A stretch of DNA of 64,000 nucleotides from an uncultured delta proteobacterium (lineage in GTDB: Bacteria > Desulfobacterota > WTBG01 > CAIYCZ01): positions 64,001-128,000 of the forward strand of contig CAWDOY010000047.1 in NCBI GenBank assembly GCA_963803975.1, given 5' to 3'. The position numbers and the translations under genes were made by a program. The notes beneath the pieces were generated by a model that was not told the origin of the DNA, ran no database searches, and saw only the letters and a program-made list of their open reading frames with translations. The stretch's first letter is position 1. Every line of letters begins with the position of its first letter. Positions 40,914 through 51,654 of this stretch are shown here, piece by piece.

Positions 40914-42407
40914 ATGCAGCCCATCGATAACAAACCCGCCCCTGGTGAAAGTGGCCACAATGGCCTTCATCCGTTAGAGGAGACGGTGCTCTCTCTCTCA
41001 ACGGGAAAACTGTATCAGCTTGAGCAGCAGGAAAAGCCCCATCTCTTTGTCATTCCCAAGATAGATGAGGTTGATGAAAAAAAGGCTGCACCTGTTGAAA
41101 CGGTCTCTCGTGATCAATTTGCCTCACTACATACTGCGATTAACGAGGCCATTGAGTTTATCAGCAACCAGATCCTTGGCAGAGAGCAGATTATCCGGCA
41201 GGCCTTTTTTGCCCTGATGACCGGTGAGCACCAGCTTCTCATAAGCCGCACGGGGATGGCCAAATCAATGCTTGCCCGTCAGATTTTTGCCTGCTTTGAT
41301 GGTGCCGTGTTATTTGAAAAACAGCTCACCAAGGATACCATGCCTGACAACCTGTTTGGAGCCTATGATATAGAGGCTATGAAGCGCGGCAAAATGATAC
41401 ACAATGTGGAAGGATCACTGGTTCTGGCCCATTTTGCCTTTCTCGATGAAATCTTTGATGCCAATGACATGCTGCTCAGATCTCTGCTGTCATTGCTCAA
41501 CGAGAAACAGCTGGTTAATGGCGAGCAAATCATCCATTCTTCTCTCCAGAGCGTCATCGCTGCAGCAAACTACATCAGGGTGACAGAAATTCTTGAAGCA
41601 GTACTCGACCGCTTTTTATATAAAAGCTATATCCCGGAAAACAAAAACCTCTACTTCCAGCACTCCATTGACACGGTGTACCAGAATAATTTCGGCACCA
41701 TCCGCATGCCCGACAAGAGACTCAGACTTAAAGACTTTACGGTGGTAAAAGAGTTAATCAAGAGCAGAGCTATCGAGATACCAAACTATATTTTGCTTCT
41801 CAAGAATCATATTCTGCGACAGTACATTGAAGAGACCAGGGAGCAGGTGCCCGACAAACGAAACTTTACCATCAGTGATAGAACAACTGCCAAGTCACAG
41901 GACCTCCTGCGGGCCTCTGCAATCCTTGACGGCCGTTCTCTGGCACAAGAGGCTGACCTTGATAATCTGCATTATATGATGTGCACGCTCGGGAGGGATG
42001 ATGAGAAGGTGCGTTTTACCAAAATCAGTTCAGCGGCACGACGTTATTTTCACCAGGACAAAGAGTTGCTGGAGAACATCTTTGACGGCTTTGGCATTTT
42101 TAACTATCTCAGGGCTTGTAAAGATCCCGAGCTGTTAAAAAGCGATGCAACCTTTAACCCCATAAAAGCACGTCTCGAGAAACTGGTTAAAAAAGAAAGC
42201 TCGGTATTAAGAGACTATCTGGATAAAATTAAAAATAAATTTATCTCCATTCCCCGGAACACCATCATTCCTGAAACCTTTGCGGTCCTGGAAGAAATCT
42301 GCGACCTGTCGCTCAAAGGTGCACGGACAAAAGAGGCACGGGAGATCATTGATGGTTTCAGGCAGGATATTTTTAACGAAAAAAAATTAATTGCTCCGGG
42401 AACGTAA
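40914..42407 (+). CDS. MoxR/RavA-like AAA+ ATPase
   Basis: ILGRE, GEHQLLISRTGMAKS (variant Walker A), NLFG, AFLDEIF, LLNEK, AVLDRFL. Confidence 0.8.
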   Translation: MQPIDNKPAPGESGHNGLHPLEETVLSLSTGKLYQLEQQEKPHLFVIPKIDEVDEKKAAPVETVSRDQFASLHTAINEAIEFISNQILGREQIIRQAFFALMTGEHQLLISRTGMAKSMLARQIFACFDGAVLFEKQLTKDTMPDNLFGAYDIEAMKRGKMIHNVEGSLVLAHFAFLDEIFDANDMLLRSLLSLLNEKQLVNGEQIIHSSLQSVIAAANYIRVTEILEAVLDRFLYKSYIPENKNLYFQHSIDTVYQNNFGTIRMPDKRLRLKDFTVVKELIKSRAIEIPNYILLLKNHILRQYIEETREQVPDKRNFTISDRTTAKSQDLLRASAILDGRSLAQEADLDNLHYMMCTLGRDDEKVRFTKISSAARRYFHQDKELLENIFDGFGIFNYLRACKDPELLKSDATFNPIKARLEKLVKKESSVLRDYLDKIKNKFISIPRNTIIPETFAVLEEICDLSLKGARTKEAREIIDGFRQDIFNEKKLIAPGT

Positions 42408-42429
42408 CCCACAGGCCTCATGTGTTTCC

Positions 42430-44025
42430 ATGCAGCACGATCCGCTTCTATCACAGCTCAGCTTTTATATCCCGTCATGGGGAACACGCAACAGCTCTAA
42501 CCTCAACTTCCCGCCTGAACTCGTCAAGATATTCTATATCGCCCGGGTCATCTTTAGCGACCATAGTACGCTCAAGATAAAAAACCAGGTTTCTCCGCTC
42601 TTCAGCAGAAGCCGGATATTTTCTTCCAGCACGCACCCATCTCTGCAGCAGCAGGCGCGACAGCAGATCACGCCCATGGACAATTCCCTGCAAATTGGCA
42701 AGATGACCCTCATGAGCGATATTTCCCGTCTTATCCCTCGTGAGCATACCATCTACACGGAAAACATTTTTTATAAAAAGCTCCTCAACCGTGAGCTCAT
42801 CAAGATCATCTACCAGGGAGCCCGCGAGGAGGCGGTATCCGTTGATACGTTTGTCGGCCGCGAGGAGGCTGAGCTCAACAGGAGTCAAAAAGTATATATT
42901 CTCTTCGACAATTCCACTTCAATGAATGGTGAGAGTTTTAACAAGATTTTTGCCGCCAAGGCTATTGCCATAGAATATCTGCGAAAAGTATCGGGGGAAT
43001 CCCCGCAGATCTATTTTCGCTCGTTTCACAGTGACGTGGGAGATGCTGTGAAGGCCCGTACCAGCGGCGAAATATACCGGCTCATCGACCATATCACACG
43101 CCTGCAGACTGGCGGCGGGCACATAACAAATATCGGCTCTGCTGTTGAGCAGGCACTGGAAGATATTCAAAAGGATCCTGAGCTGAGAGAGGCCGAAATA
43201 CTGGTGCTGACTGATGGTTTCGGCCCGGTGTCAAATGATCTGAAGGCGCGGCTGGGCAGCATCAAGCTCCATGTTATTCTTATCCCCGACCTTGATATTG
43301 CAAAAATTCTTGAGCTCTATCCGGATCGTAAAACCTGGGAAGACGGCGGCCCGCAGGGAACGCGACCCATGCCCGAGTTCTGGCAGTATTACAGCAAAGA
43401 ACCTCCCCCGCTGCGCCTTGAGGGAGATCTGTACGAGAATACTGTTCGTTCCTACGAGACAGCCGGGAAATCCGTCAAGGAGCTTAAAAGGCAGGAAATC
43501 CTCCAGGGCCTTAACCAGATTTATACCATACGGGAGCACTGTGAAAATTTTATCTTTGTGGTCATAACCGCTTTGTTTGGTGAAACCTTCAAGTGCTACG
43601 AAGAGGATATCAACAGCATGGCGGCAGCCATAGAGGAGCTTAAGCAGCTCTCAATTGAGCAGCTGACGCATAATGAAAAACTTTCCCTGCTGCAGACCCT
43701 GAATTTTATGTCAGAGCTGCTCCTGCTGGCCATGGAGCGTGCAGCAAAAAAGACCATGAAAGCACGCATCCGCGGACTGCTGCAAGTGGTGGGCATACTG
43801 AAGGCACGTCTTCTTGCCGACCCGTGGCTGTTATCCACAATCAAGGTTGCCGATGATCATGTTGATATAAAATTTACAACCACCATGTCCTCTTTTTTCA
43901 AAGATTTGCCGCTTGGTAAAGCCCTGGCCATGCTGATCAAGTTTCTCTGGCAGACATTCCGCGAATCAGCGCAGAGGTTTTTTGCCCCGTTAAGGAAATT
44001 TCACATCAGACAGGAAAAAGTCTAA
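42430..44025 (+). CDS. VWA-domain protein (ViaA-like partner)
   Basis: DISRLIPRE; MIDAS elements FDNSTSM, GGHITNI, VLTDG; follows the AAA gene. Confidence 0.75.
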   Translation: MQHDPLLSQLSFYIPSWGTRNSSNLNFPPELVKIFYIARVIFSDHSTLKIKNQVSPLFSRSRIFSSSTHPSLQQQARQQITPMDNSLQIGKMTLMSDISRLIPREHTIYTENIFYKKLLNRELIKIIYQGAREEAVSVDTFVGREEAELNRSQKVYILFDNSTSMNGESFNKIFAAKAIAIEYLRKVSGESPQIYFRSFHSDVGDAVKARTSGEIYRLIDHITRLQTGGGHITNIGSAVEQALEDIQKDPELREAEILVLTDGFGPVSNDLKARLGSIKLHVILIPDLDIAKILELYPDRKTWEDGGPQGTRPMPEFWQYYSKEPPPLRLEGDLYENTVRSYETAGKSVKELKRQEILQGLNQIYTIREHCENFIFVVITALFGETFKCYEEDINSMAAAIEELKQLSIEQLTHNEKLSLLQTLNFMSELLLLAMERAAKKTMKARIRGLLQVVGILKARLLADPWLLSTIKVADDHVDIKFTTTMSSFFKDLPLGKALAMLIKFLWQTFRESAQRFFAPLRKFHIRQEKV

Positions 44026-44104
44026 ATTGTTATTCTCGCCCGGATATGATATTTTGTGAAGAGTTATTTACGCACTATACTTGCAGGAGAAAGGATACGC
44101 TGAC

Positions 44105-45556
44105 ATGGAAATTACCCCCAGCCCCAGTTACAGCATCACTATCAGGATCGAGCTTGAGCATAAGCCGGGCATGTTTGCGCGGGTTGCGGAAGCCATTGGC
44201 AAGGCGGGAGGCTCTCTTGGCTCCATTGATATAGTCGCCCGCTCCAGAGAAAAAACAGTTCGCGACGTTACCGTGGAGGCCCGGGACCATCTGCATGAAA
44301 AACAGATCGTCAGTTCGCTGAACATGGTTGCCGGCAGCCGTGTTATTGATGTCTCGGATGTAACGTTCTTATCACACCTTGGCGGAAAAATTGAAGTGGT
44401 GAATAAACTGCAGCTTAACAAGCGGGAAAACCTCGCCATTGCCTATACGCCCGGTGTTGCCCGCATCTGTACTGCCATCCATAAAGACCCTGAAAAAGCG
44501 TACAGCCTGACCATCAAGAAAAACACGGTTGCCGTGGTTTCAGACGGAACCGCCGTGCTGGGGCTGGGAGATATCGGCCCGGAGGCAGCAATGCCGGTCA
44601 TGGAGGGCAAGGCAATGCTGTTTAAAGAGTTCGGCGGCGTTGATGCGTTTCCCATCTGTCTCAGCACCAAGGACCCTGATGAGATAATTAAAACAGTGAA
44701 ATATATCTCTCCCGGCTTCGGAGGAATAAACCTTGAAGACATTTCCTCACCCCGCTGCTTTGAGATTGAAACCAGGCTGCAGGCAGAGCTGGACATTCCC
44801 GTGTTTCACGATGACCAGCACGGAACAGCCGTCGTAGTGCTTGCTGCTTTGTACAATGCCTTGAAGATCGTCGGCAAGAAAATGGAGAATTTAAAAGTGG
44901 TGGTAAGCGGCGTGGGTGCAGCAGGGGTTGCCTGCACCAAAATTATCATGCTCGCCGGTGTGCACAACATCATTGGGGCAGATCGGGCCGGAGCGATTTA
45001 CAAGGGTAGAACCGAAAACATGAATCAGGTAAAGGAATGGTTTGCCGATCACACGAATGCGGATCGCGTCACCGGCAGTCTTGCTGAATGTATGAAGGGA
45101 GCCGATGTCTTTATTGGTGTTTCTTCACCAGGACTTTTAACAGCGGCTGACCTTAAGAAAATGGCAAAAGATTCGATAGTCTTTGCCATGGCCAATCCTG
45201 TTCCCGAAATCATGCCGGAGGAAGCACTGCCCTACGTGCGCATTATGGCAACGGGAAGATCCGACTATCCAAACCAGATCAACAATGTGCTCTGCTTTCC
45301 GGGGATTTTCAAGGGGGCGCTGCGCTGTTGCGCACGGCAGATTAATGAGGATATGAAACTTGCTGCAGCCCGTGCCATAGCCTCATGCATCCCCGAGGAT
45401 GAACTAAATGAAGATGAGATTATACCGTCGGTGTATAACCGGATGGTTGCAGATAAGGTGGCGGATGAAGTGGAAAGAGTAGCTGTTGCTGCAGGCCTTG
45501 CCAGAAAACATCCCAGCGACCACTCGCTCTTCGAGGTGTCAAATATTCAGAGCTGA
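44105..45556 (+). CDS. NAD(P)-dependent malic enzyme with N-terminal ACT domain
   Basis: AYTPGVA, SDGTAVLGLG, PVMEGK, NLEDI, FHDDQHGTA, ATGRSDYPNQINN. Confidence 0.93.
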   Translation: MEITPSPSYSITIRIELEHKPGMFARVAEAIGKAGGSLGSIDIVARSREKTVRDVTVEARDHLHEKQIVSSLNMVAGSRVIDVSDVTFLSHLGGKIEVVNKLQLNKRENLAIAYTPGVARICTAIHKDPEKAYSLTIKKNTVAVVSDGTAVLGLGDIGPEAAMPVMEGKAMLFKEFGGVDAFPICLSTKDPDEIIKTVKYISPGFGGINLEDISSPRCFEIETRLQAELDIPVFHDDQHGTAVVVLAALYNALKIVGKKMENLKVVVSGVGAAGVACTKIIMLAGVHNIIGADRAGAIYKGRTENMNQVKEWFADHTNADRVTGSLAECMKGADVFIGVSSPGLLTAADLKKMAKDSIVFAMANPVPEIMPEEALPYVRIMATGRSDYPNQINNVLCFPGIFKGALRCCARQINEDMKLAAARAIASCIPEDELNEDEIIPSVYNRMVADKVADEVERVAVAAGLARKHPSDHSLFEVSNIQS

Positions 45557-45598
45557 TAGTCCCGAATAAAGCGCCGTTTATGTTTGCCGGCACACCGC

Positions 45599-46753
45599 CT
45601 ATTCTTTCTCCCAGTAGGGAAGAATGCGGTTTATAATGTACATGGTCACAAACGGCATGGCAAAAAGAATCAGCGCCACCAGCAGCCCTTCCCTGCCTAA
45701 AAAACTCGGCATATAACTGGTGAACCCCCGCAGGCTTTTTGAAAAAAGCTGCCCGCCGACAACCACATTCCAGCGCATGGCAAGCACCTGTATAAGCAGC
45801 AGCACCGATGAAATAATGCCCAGCGTATTGCGCGTTGATTCTTTGAGCTTCCAGAGAGAAACTATGCCCAGCATCACCATCGGGATGGTAGAGCAGACGA
45901 TCAACTGCAGAACGACATAGCTGAACTGCAGCCTGCCGCCGATGAGTTGGGAAATAGCCGACCAGGACTCCTCCCCTTCATAGCCCATGCTGAGAAGTTC
46001 CAGAAGTTCAAGGGTCACGTCGACAATAAAGAATCCCCACAGATAGCCGCAGAGTGACTGCATGCAGGCCGAGTCAACCGTCTTTCCCCTCAGCTTCATA
46101 ATAATGGCATATGATACGATAAGCACCGCGATGCCTGAAACGATTGCTGACATGAGAAAGATGACCGGCATCAGCGGCGTTGACCACCACGGATTTGATT
46201 TAAGCGAGCCGAACAGAAAACCCACATATCCATGCAGCACACACGCTGAGGGAATGCCAACGGCGGCAAGAAATGTTGTTATCTTATGATCCAGGTGCAG
46301 CGCCTTCTCCGACACGTCAAACACGCCCAGAGACAGCACAGAGTAGAATAATTTCTTCAGCCCAATGCTCTCCTGAGCCAGTCTCACCATATCCGGCCGG
46401 AATACAAACCAGATTTCAAGAGCCACAATAATCAGATAAAAAGTGTAGATGTAACCAAACCCTGACATGGCAGATGTGAACTTGGGTGTGAACATGATGT
46501 TGAACGCCCGCTCCGGATGGCCGAGATGAAAGAGAAGCGGTGTGCAGGCAAAAAGCAGGAACGAAAAGGCGGCAACAAGCGCAAACCTGGCAACAGGTTT
46601 AAGCTCTTCCCTGCCGAATACATGGTAGAGAGAAGAAACAATGAATGCCCCAGCGACAAGCCCGGTAATATACGGATACAGAACAATCAGCAGACTCCAG
46701 AGCACTTCCACTTCATTGGGATATAAAAACCCCTGGGTTACGGCCTCAAGCAT
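45599..46753 (-). CDS. NrfD/PsrC-family integral membrane subunit
   Basis: YPYITGLVAG, HLGHPER, LHGYVGFLF, WWSTPL, RWNVVVGGQ. Confidence 0.88.
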   Translation of the reverse strand: MLEAVTQGFLYPNEVEVLWSLLIVLYPYITGLVAGAFIVSSLYHVFGREELKPVARFALVAAFSFLLFACTPLLFHLGHPERAFNIMFTPKFTSAMSGFGYIYTFYLIIVALEIWFVFRPDMVRLAQESIGLKKLFYSVLSLGVFDVSEKALHLDHKITTFLAAVGIPSACVLHGYVGFLFGSLKSNPWWSTPLMPVIFLMSAIVSGIAVLIVSYAIIMKLRGKTVDSACMQSLCGYLWGFFIVDVTLELLELLSMGYEGEESWSAISQLIGGRLQFSYVVLQLIVCSTIPMVMLGIVSLWKLKESTRNTLGIISSVLLLIQVLAMRWNVVVGGQLFSKSLRGFTSYMPSFLGREGLLVALILFAMPFVTMYIINRILPYWEKE

Positions 46754-47499
46754 TATCGTACCTCCTTATCCAGGCCCACGTAAAATGTCTTCGGGCTGTT
46801 GCCGGTTTCCGGTTTGAGCACGCCGATCCGTTCTTCACGTAAAATCCGGGCAACCCGGCTTTCCGGGTCTTTCAGGCTGCCAAACAGCCGCGCTTCAACG
46901 GGACACACCACAACGCAGGCCGGCATAAGGCCCTTCTTTACCCGGTGATAACACCAGGTGCATTTATCAGCCGTTCGACGCTCGGGGTGAATGTAGCGCG
47001 CACCATACGGGCATGCCTGCACACAGTAGCCGCATCCCACACAGTGTTTCTCATCGACCAGCACCACACCCTCTTTGGTGGTATAGGTTGCACCCACCGG
47101 ACATACCTGAACGCAGTTAGCCTCGGTACAGTGGTTGCACAGCTTGGGAACAAAAAATGACTTTTCAATTTTTTCTTTTACTTCGGTATCTTTAAAACCA
47201 TGCACAGCGCCGTGGGGCGAGTCCACATAAACCGTATCGTCAGCAGTGATGATATATCTCTCAACCCAGGTCCGGAAGAACTCTTCAGGCACGTGGTTTT
47301 CAGTTTTGCATGCCTGTACACATTTGCCGCACCCGATACACCGGTGAGTATCCACTATAAACCCGTAGAGTTCATGCGATGAACCTTTCTGCATGGCCCT
47401 TCCCGCAGCAGGGAAAAAAGAGCCCACAGAAACCAGAATACCGCTCCCTAATAGAGTCCATCCTGTCTGTTTAATAAATTTTCTGCGATCTGCATTCAT
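46753..47499 (-). CDS. NrfC/DmsB-like 4x[4Fe-4S] protein with Tat signal
   Basis: DRRKFIK; CIGCGKCVQAC, CNHC..ANCVQVCP, CVGCGYCVQACP, KCTWC..PACVVVCP. Confidence 0.9.
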   Translation of the reverse strand: MNADRRKFIKQTGWTLLGSGILVSVGSFFPAAGRAMQKGSSHELYGFIVDTHRCIGCGKCVQACKTENHVPEEFFRTWVERYIITADDTVYVDSPHGAVHGFKDTEVKEKIEKSFFVPKLCNHCTEANCVQVCPVGATYTTKEGVVLVDEKHCVGCGYCVQACPYGARYIHPERRTADKCTWCYHRVKKGLMPACVVVCPVEARLFGSLKDPESRVARILREERIGVLKPETGNSPKTFYVGLDKEVR

Positions 47500-47547
47500 A
47501 TCGTTATCCCTTGTAAACACTCTTGTCCTGATATAATGCCACGTCTT

Positions 47548-48030
47548 TTACAGAGGCACATGCGGGTTATGGCAGTCAATGCATTTTAAGTCGGGCTCAA
47601 ATGCTTCTTCCTGGTCTTTCATGTGCTGGGCGAAGGAGTTTATTTGCGGAAGAAAATCAGGCCGGCCAATAACCTTTTCATGGCAGCTCATGCACGATTC
47701 CACCGTGGTGTCTCGGGGCACTGTATCTTTGGTATTCTTGTTGTGCGCCTGCCAGAATCCATGGCATGCTTCACAGGCAACCGCAGCATGACCCCCTGCC
47801 CGGGAGTCCTTGATTAATTTTTCATGGCACTTGGCACATTTTTCTGTGCCCTGATAGAGAGCGTACATGTTTTCCTGCTCTGCATCAGAATCGCCCCGGT
47901 GATAGCCGTACTGGTAACTTCCGTAGGTCCCGAAAGACTCGGGAACGAAAAAACCACGGACTATAAAAAAACCAATCACGACGGCTATCAGCACAACACA
48001 TAACCTGATGATATGATTAAAATGCCCCAT
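47548..48030 (-). CDS. Membrane-anchored tetraheme cytochrome c
   Basis: N-terminal TM; CAKCH, CEACH, CMSCH, CIDCH. Confidence 0.88.
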   Translation of the reverse strand: MGHFNHIIRLCVVLIAVVIGFFIVRGFFVPESFGTYGSYQYGYHRGDSDAEQENMYALYQGTEKCAKCHEKLIKDSRAGGHAAVACEACHGFWQAHNKNTKDTVPRDTTVESCMSCHEKVIGRPDFLPQINSFAQHMKDQEEAFEPDLKCIDCHNPHVPL

Positions 48031-48184
48031 GAATGCCTCTCAATATGTTGCAACTAATCTTCTTAAATGCCAATTTGGCAAAAGATCATTGAAATTGCGT
48101 TCGCTATTGCAGGATACCTGATATCCAACTAATTTTAATTCCTATACTTTTAAACCAGAAGGAGAAATAATTTAGTATATAATT

Positions 48185-48200
48185 AGCATGTACTGTGCCA
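48185..48200 (-). promoter_or_regulatory. Sigma54 promoter of the cytochrome c/NrfCD operon
   Basis: Minus strand TGGCACAGTACATGCT, near-perfect -24/-12. Confidence 0.7.
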
Positions 48201-48433
48201 TAAAATACTATCCCTATGGTTTAGAAAATCCCTCAATTCCTCCTTACAAAGAGTCCGCCTTTTTTTAATGCTGGGTGTTTAGCAGGGATACCGGATAGTA
48301 TGTTGAGAGCAGAGTACAAACAAAAGATTATTTTTTCAAGTTAAATAGTAGCTGCTATTCTGCGACTGGCTCCAGGAACAAAGTTTCTTGACACTCGCGG
48401 TAAAACATGTTTAAATTCAATAAGTCCAACAAG

Positions 48434-48511
<78 letters not shown>

Positions 48512-48654
48512 GTAAAATCAAGCACTTAGCAGCACATGCTGAGTGCTTTTTTAGTGTCCACTGTATAGTAATTGTATAGTAGACATGAGATGACAGTTAA
48601 TTTCTCACGCAAAAAAGCGGAGCCAATTAATTACTGACTCCGCTTTTGTTGTGT

Positions 48655-50036
48655 AAATTCAGTTTTTGCTATCCACGAACTCCCTAATCCCAAAACCCTA
48701 ATATAAGCCTCGGCGTTGCACTCACTGGCCCATGCATAGTTGAGTTGCCATTCAGGTCTATGTCTTCCAGTTTGTAGTAATAGGTCTTTCTGTTCTTCAC
48801 ATCCGTTATCAATAAACTCATAATGATGCACCTTGGATGGATGAACCTTGGGCGGGGATTAATGATGCATTTATTTTGGTGTATTTACCATCTTCTGATT
48901 CAGAGCGGTAGAGGTTGAAACCAGCGTTGTCGATTTCGGATTCTGTTGTCCATTGAATAATTTTTGCTTCTTTAGGTGTAGCAGTAAAAGAAGACAAATT
49001 AATGAGTGTTGCTGGTGCAGTTGTTGTGGTCGTAGATTGCTGTATAGTTGTAGTGGTTGATGTTGTTTCAGTCACATATTCATACACCCCCATATCATAA
49101 CCAGCACCTTGGGGTCTTTGAGTACCTTCTATATCAATAGATGGAGCGCCACTGCTCGTTCCACTATCAATACAGAGGGAAACAGGCTGCAGGTGGAAAT
49201 CTCCGGGCACCCAATAATCATCCCCTATAGATGCAGTACCATTAACATTCCAGAACCCGGCATAACAAATTGAGGGTTACTGCTAATTTCCCCGTGCCAG
49301 TCCATCCACCGTAATGTCTGAGTAGGAAACGGTAACGAAAATGCTCGAAATTGTATCGGGAAGTCCGTTTGCTGTATTTCCCCAGATTATTGTGTTAATG
49401 ACCAGAGCAGGGCCGCAGAATCTTCCGGCGCCTCTTGCATCGGAAAGTTCCGCCATTATCCGCTCTGTTTTGAGATATAGTACAATTCACAATGGTTGGT
49501 GAACCCTCGCTATATATTCCTCCTCCTCCATAAGCGCATAAATTACCACTAATAATACAATTTATAATAAGCGGAGCCCCGTCATAACAATAAATCCCTG
49601 CTCCATAGACTGAGCGTCCACCATATATAAAACAATTTGAAATAGTTGGTGAGGCGTTATAGCAACTTATATTACCTCCTTCGAAATTCAATCCATGAAC
49701 GATGGTAAAGCCATCAAGCACTGTGTCACGTCCCAGTCCTGAACCAAATGCTACAGCACTGGTGAAACCACTACTACTACTCTGTGCGGCATCAATAATA
49801 GTTCTGCCCGAACCATTCACTGATTTAACAATCAGCTTTTTGCTTACAATTATTGTCTCATGGTAGGTGCCATCATAGACTAAAATTGTATCTCCGGTGG
49901 TAGCAGCAGTTATTGCAGACTGTATAATGGTGAATGGCTTGCCACTTCCTACCTCAAGGGTTGCCGCATTTATGCTTGAAGAAACTGATATTACTATTAC
50001 CGCGACTGCTAAAAGAATGTTCTTTCGTGTTTTCAT
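48655..50036 (-). CDS. Array member A: secreted beta-helix (pectin-lyase-like) protein with shared C-terminal domain; multiple frameshifts
   Basis: Signal peptide; IQSAI..GDTILV.DGTY, GGNI/GAGI/GGGI repeats; DFHLQ..S.CID.G..RPQG.GYDMG.YEY; Thr linker; TLINLSSFTATP domain. 3' end approximate. Confidence 0.65.
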
Positions 50037-50074
50037 CTTTTGTTCCCTCCTCTAATTCACACTAATAGTTTTGT

Positions 50075-50853
50075 TAAATTTCTGGAATAGTCCCCAAACC
50101 CACTTGGTGTAGCACTCACCGGACCACGCATGGTTGACTTACCGTTCAGGTCTATGTCTTCCAGCTTGTAGTAGTAGGTTTTTCTGTTCTTCACTTCAGT
50201 ATCAATAAATTCATATGACGCACCCTGGGTGGATGAGCCTTGAGCAGGAATTAGTGAGTCATTGATCTTGATATAATCACCATCCTCTGTTTCAGAACGG
50301 TAGAGGTCGAAGCCAGCATTGCCAATTTCTGCCTCTGTTGACGTATTGAATAATGACTGTGCTGAATTGTAGGTGTAGCAGTAAAAGAAGACAAATTAAT
50401 GAGTGTTGGTGGTGTAGTTGTGGTGGTCGTAGATTGCTGTATGGTTGTTGTGGCGGCGGTATCACATATTACATCCCAATTTCCATATCCGCTTCCGTAA
50501 CACCGTTCAGGATGAGCGCCACACGTAGATGCTCCACCACCATGTATATTCCAGCAAAAAGTCCAGATGCCACTGATACTGACAAAGTTTGAACACTCAA
50601 GTCCCAAACCTTCGATATAGTCTGATTAACAACCGCTGGACCAAGCAGGTTGCTGGACCTTGCAAATACTGGATACTGGAATAATTGCTGAGTATGCTTC
50701 ATACGCAGCCTGCTGAGTTTTTGAGGTTTCGTTAGTTTGTCTGGACCCACTTCTGTCACCTGTCCACACAATGCTACATCCTGCTGATGCCTGCGTAATG
50801 TGAAAACCAAAGAGTATGAAAACAATCAGAAATAAAAAAATTATCTTTTTCAT
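50075..50853 (-). CDS. Array member B: secreted Cys-rich protein with shared C-terminal domain; frameshifted
   Basis: ORFs 50626-50853 and 50251-50607 plus tail YKLEDIDLNG..HGPVSATP. N-terminus paralogous to member C. 3' end approximate. Confidence 0.65.
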
Positions 50854-50869
50854 AATTGTCCTCCTCTTG

Positions 50870-51640
50870 TTAATTTCTCAATACGAAAATCAATCGCGGT
50901 GTAACACTCACCGGCCCGTGTATGGTTGACTCTCCGTTCAGGTCTATATCTTCAAGTTTGTAGTAGGAGGTTTTTCTGTTCTCAACATCTCTATCAACAT
51001 ACTCATAAGATGCCCCTTGGGTGGATGAGCCCTGAGCAGGGATAAGCGAAGCGTTTATCTTGATGAAATCTCCATCCTTTGTTTCAGAACGGTAGAGATT
51101 AAAGCCAGCATTATCGGTTTCTGCTTCGGTGTTCCATTGCACAATAACTTTTCCAGATTTAGGTGTAGCAGTAAAAGAAGACAAATTAATGAGTGTTGCT
51201 GGTGTAGTTGTTGTGGTGGTGGTCTGCTGAATGGTGGTGGTGATGTTGTTACCACATATTACATCCCAGGTGCCAAGTCTTGTCGAGCACCTATCAGGAT
51301 TGAAGACATCAGGACAAACTTTATAATCCCAAGAGCCGTCTATACAAACGCTATAACCTGAACCACTCCGGTGACAACCAATACTGGAGATTTGACATTG
51401 GTCAGAAGTATTCCAATAAAAATTACAATTACAAAGGTCTAACTCACACTGCCATTGCAGGTCATTAAACAAAACCATAGATAATTCTTGTGCTGCTTGC
51501 GGGGTTCTTGATGTTTCATTTGTTGGCACTGAACCACTCAAATCACCTGTCCATACAATATTACATCCTGCTGATGCCTGCGCAATGTTAAAAACAAAGA
51601 GTCCGAAAACAATTAAAAATATAACAATAATCTTTTTCAT
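50870..51640 (-). CDS. Array member C: intact secreted Cys-rich protein with Thr linker and conserved C-terminal beta domain
   Basis: MKKIIVIF..AQASA signal; Cys-rich head; TTTIQQTTTTTTT; TLINLSSFTATP..QWNTEAETDNAGFNLYR..YYKLEDIDLNG..HGPVSVTPRLIF. Confidence 0.8.
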   Translation of the reverse strand: MKKIIVIFLIVFGLFVFNIAQASAGCNIVWTGDLSGSVPTNETSRTPQAAQELSMVLFNDLQWQCELDLCNCNFYWNTSDQCQISSIGCHRSGSGYSVCIDGSWDYKVCPDVFNPDRCSTRLGTWDVICGNNITTTIQQTTTTTTTPATLINLSSFTATPKSGKVIVQWNTEAETDNAGFNLYRSETKDGDFIKINASLIPAQGSSTQGASYEYVDRDVENRKTSYYKLEDIDLNGESTIHGPVSVTPRLIFVLRN

Positions 51641-51654
51641 AACTGCCCTCTTTC

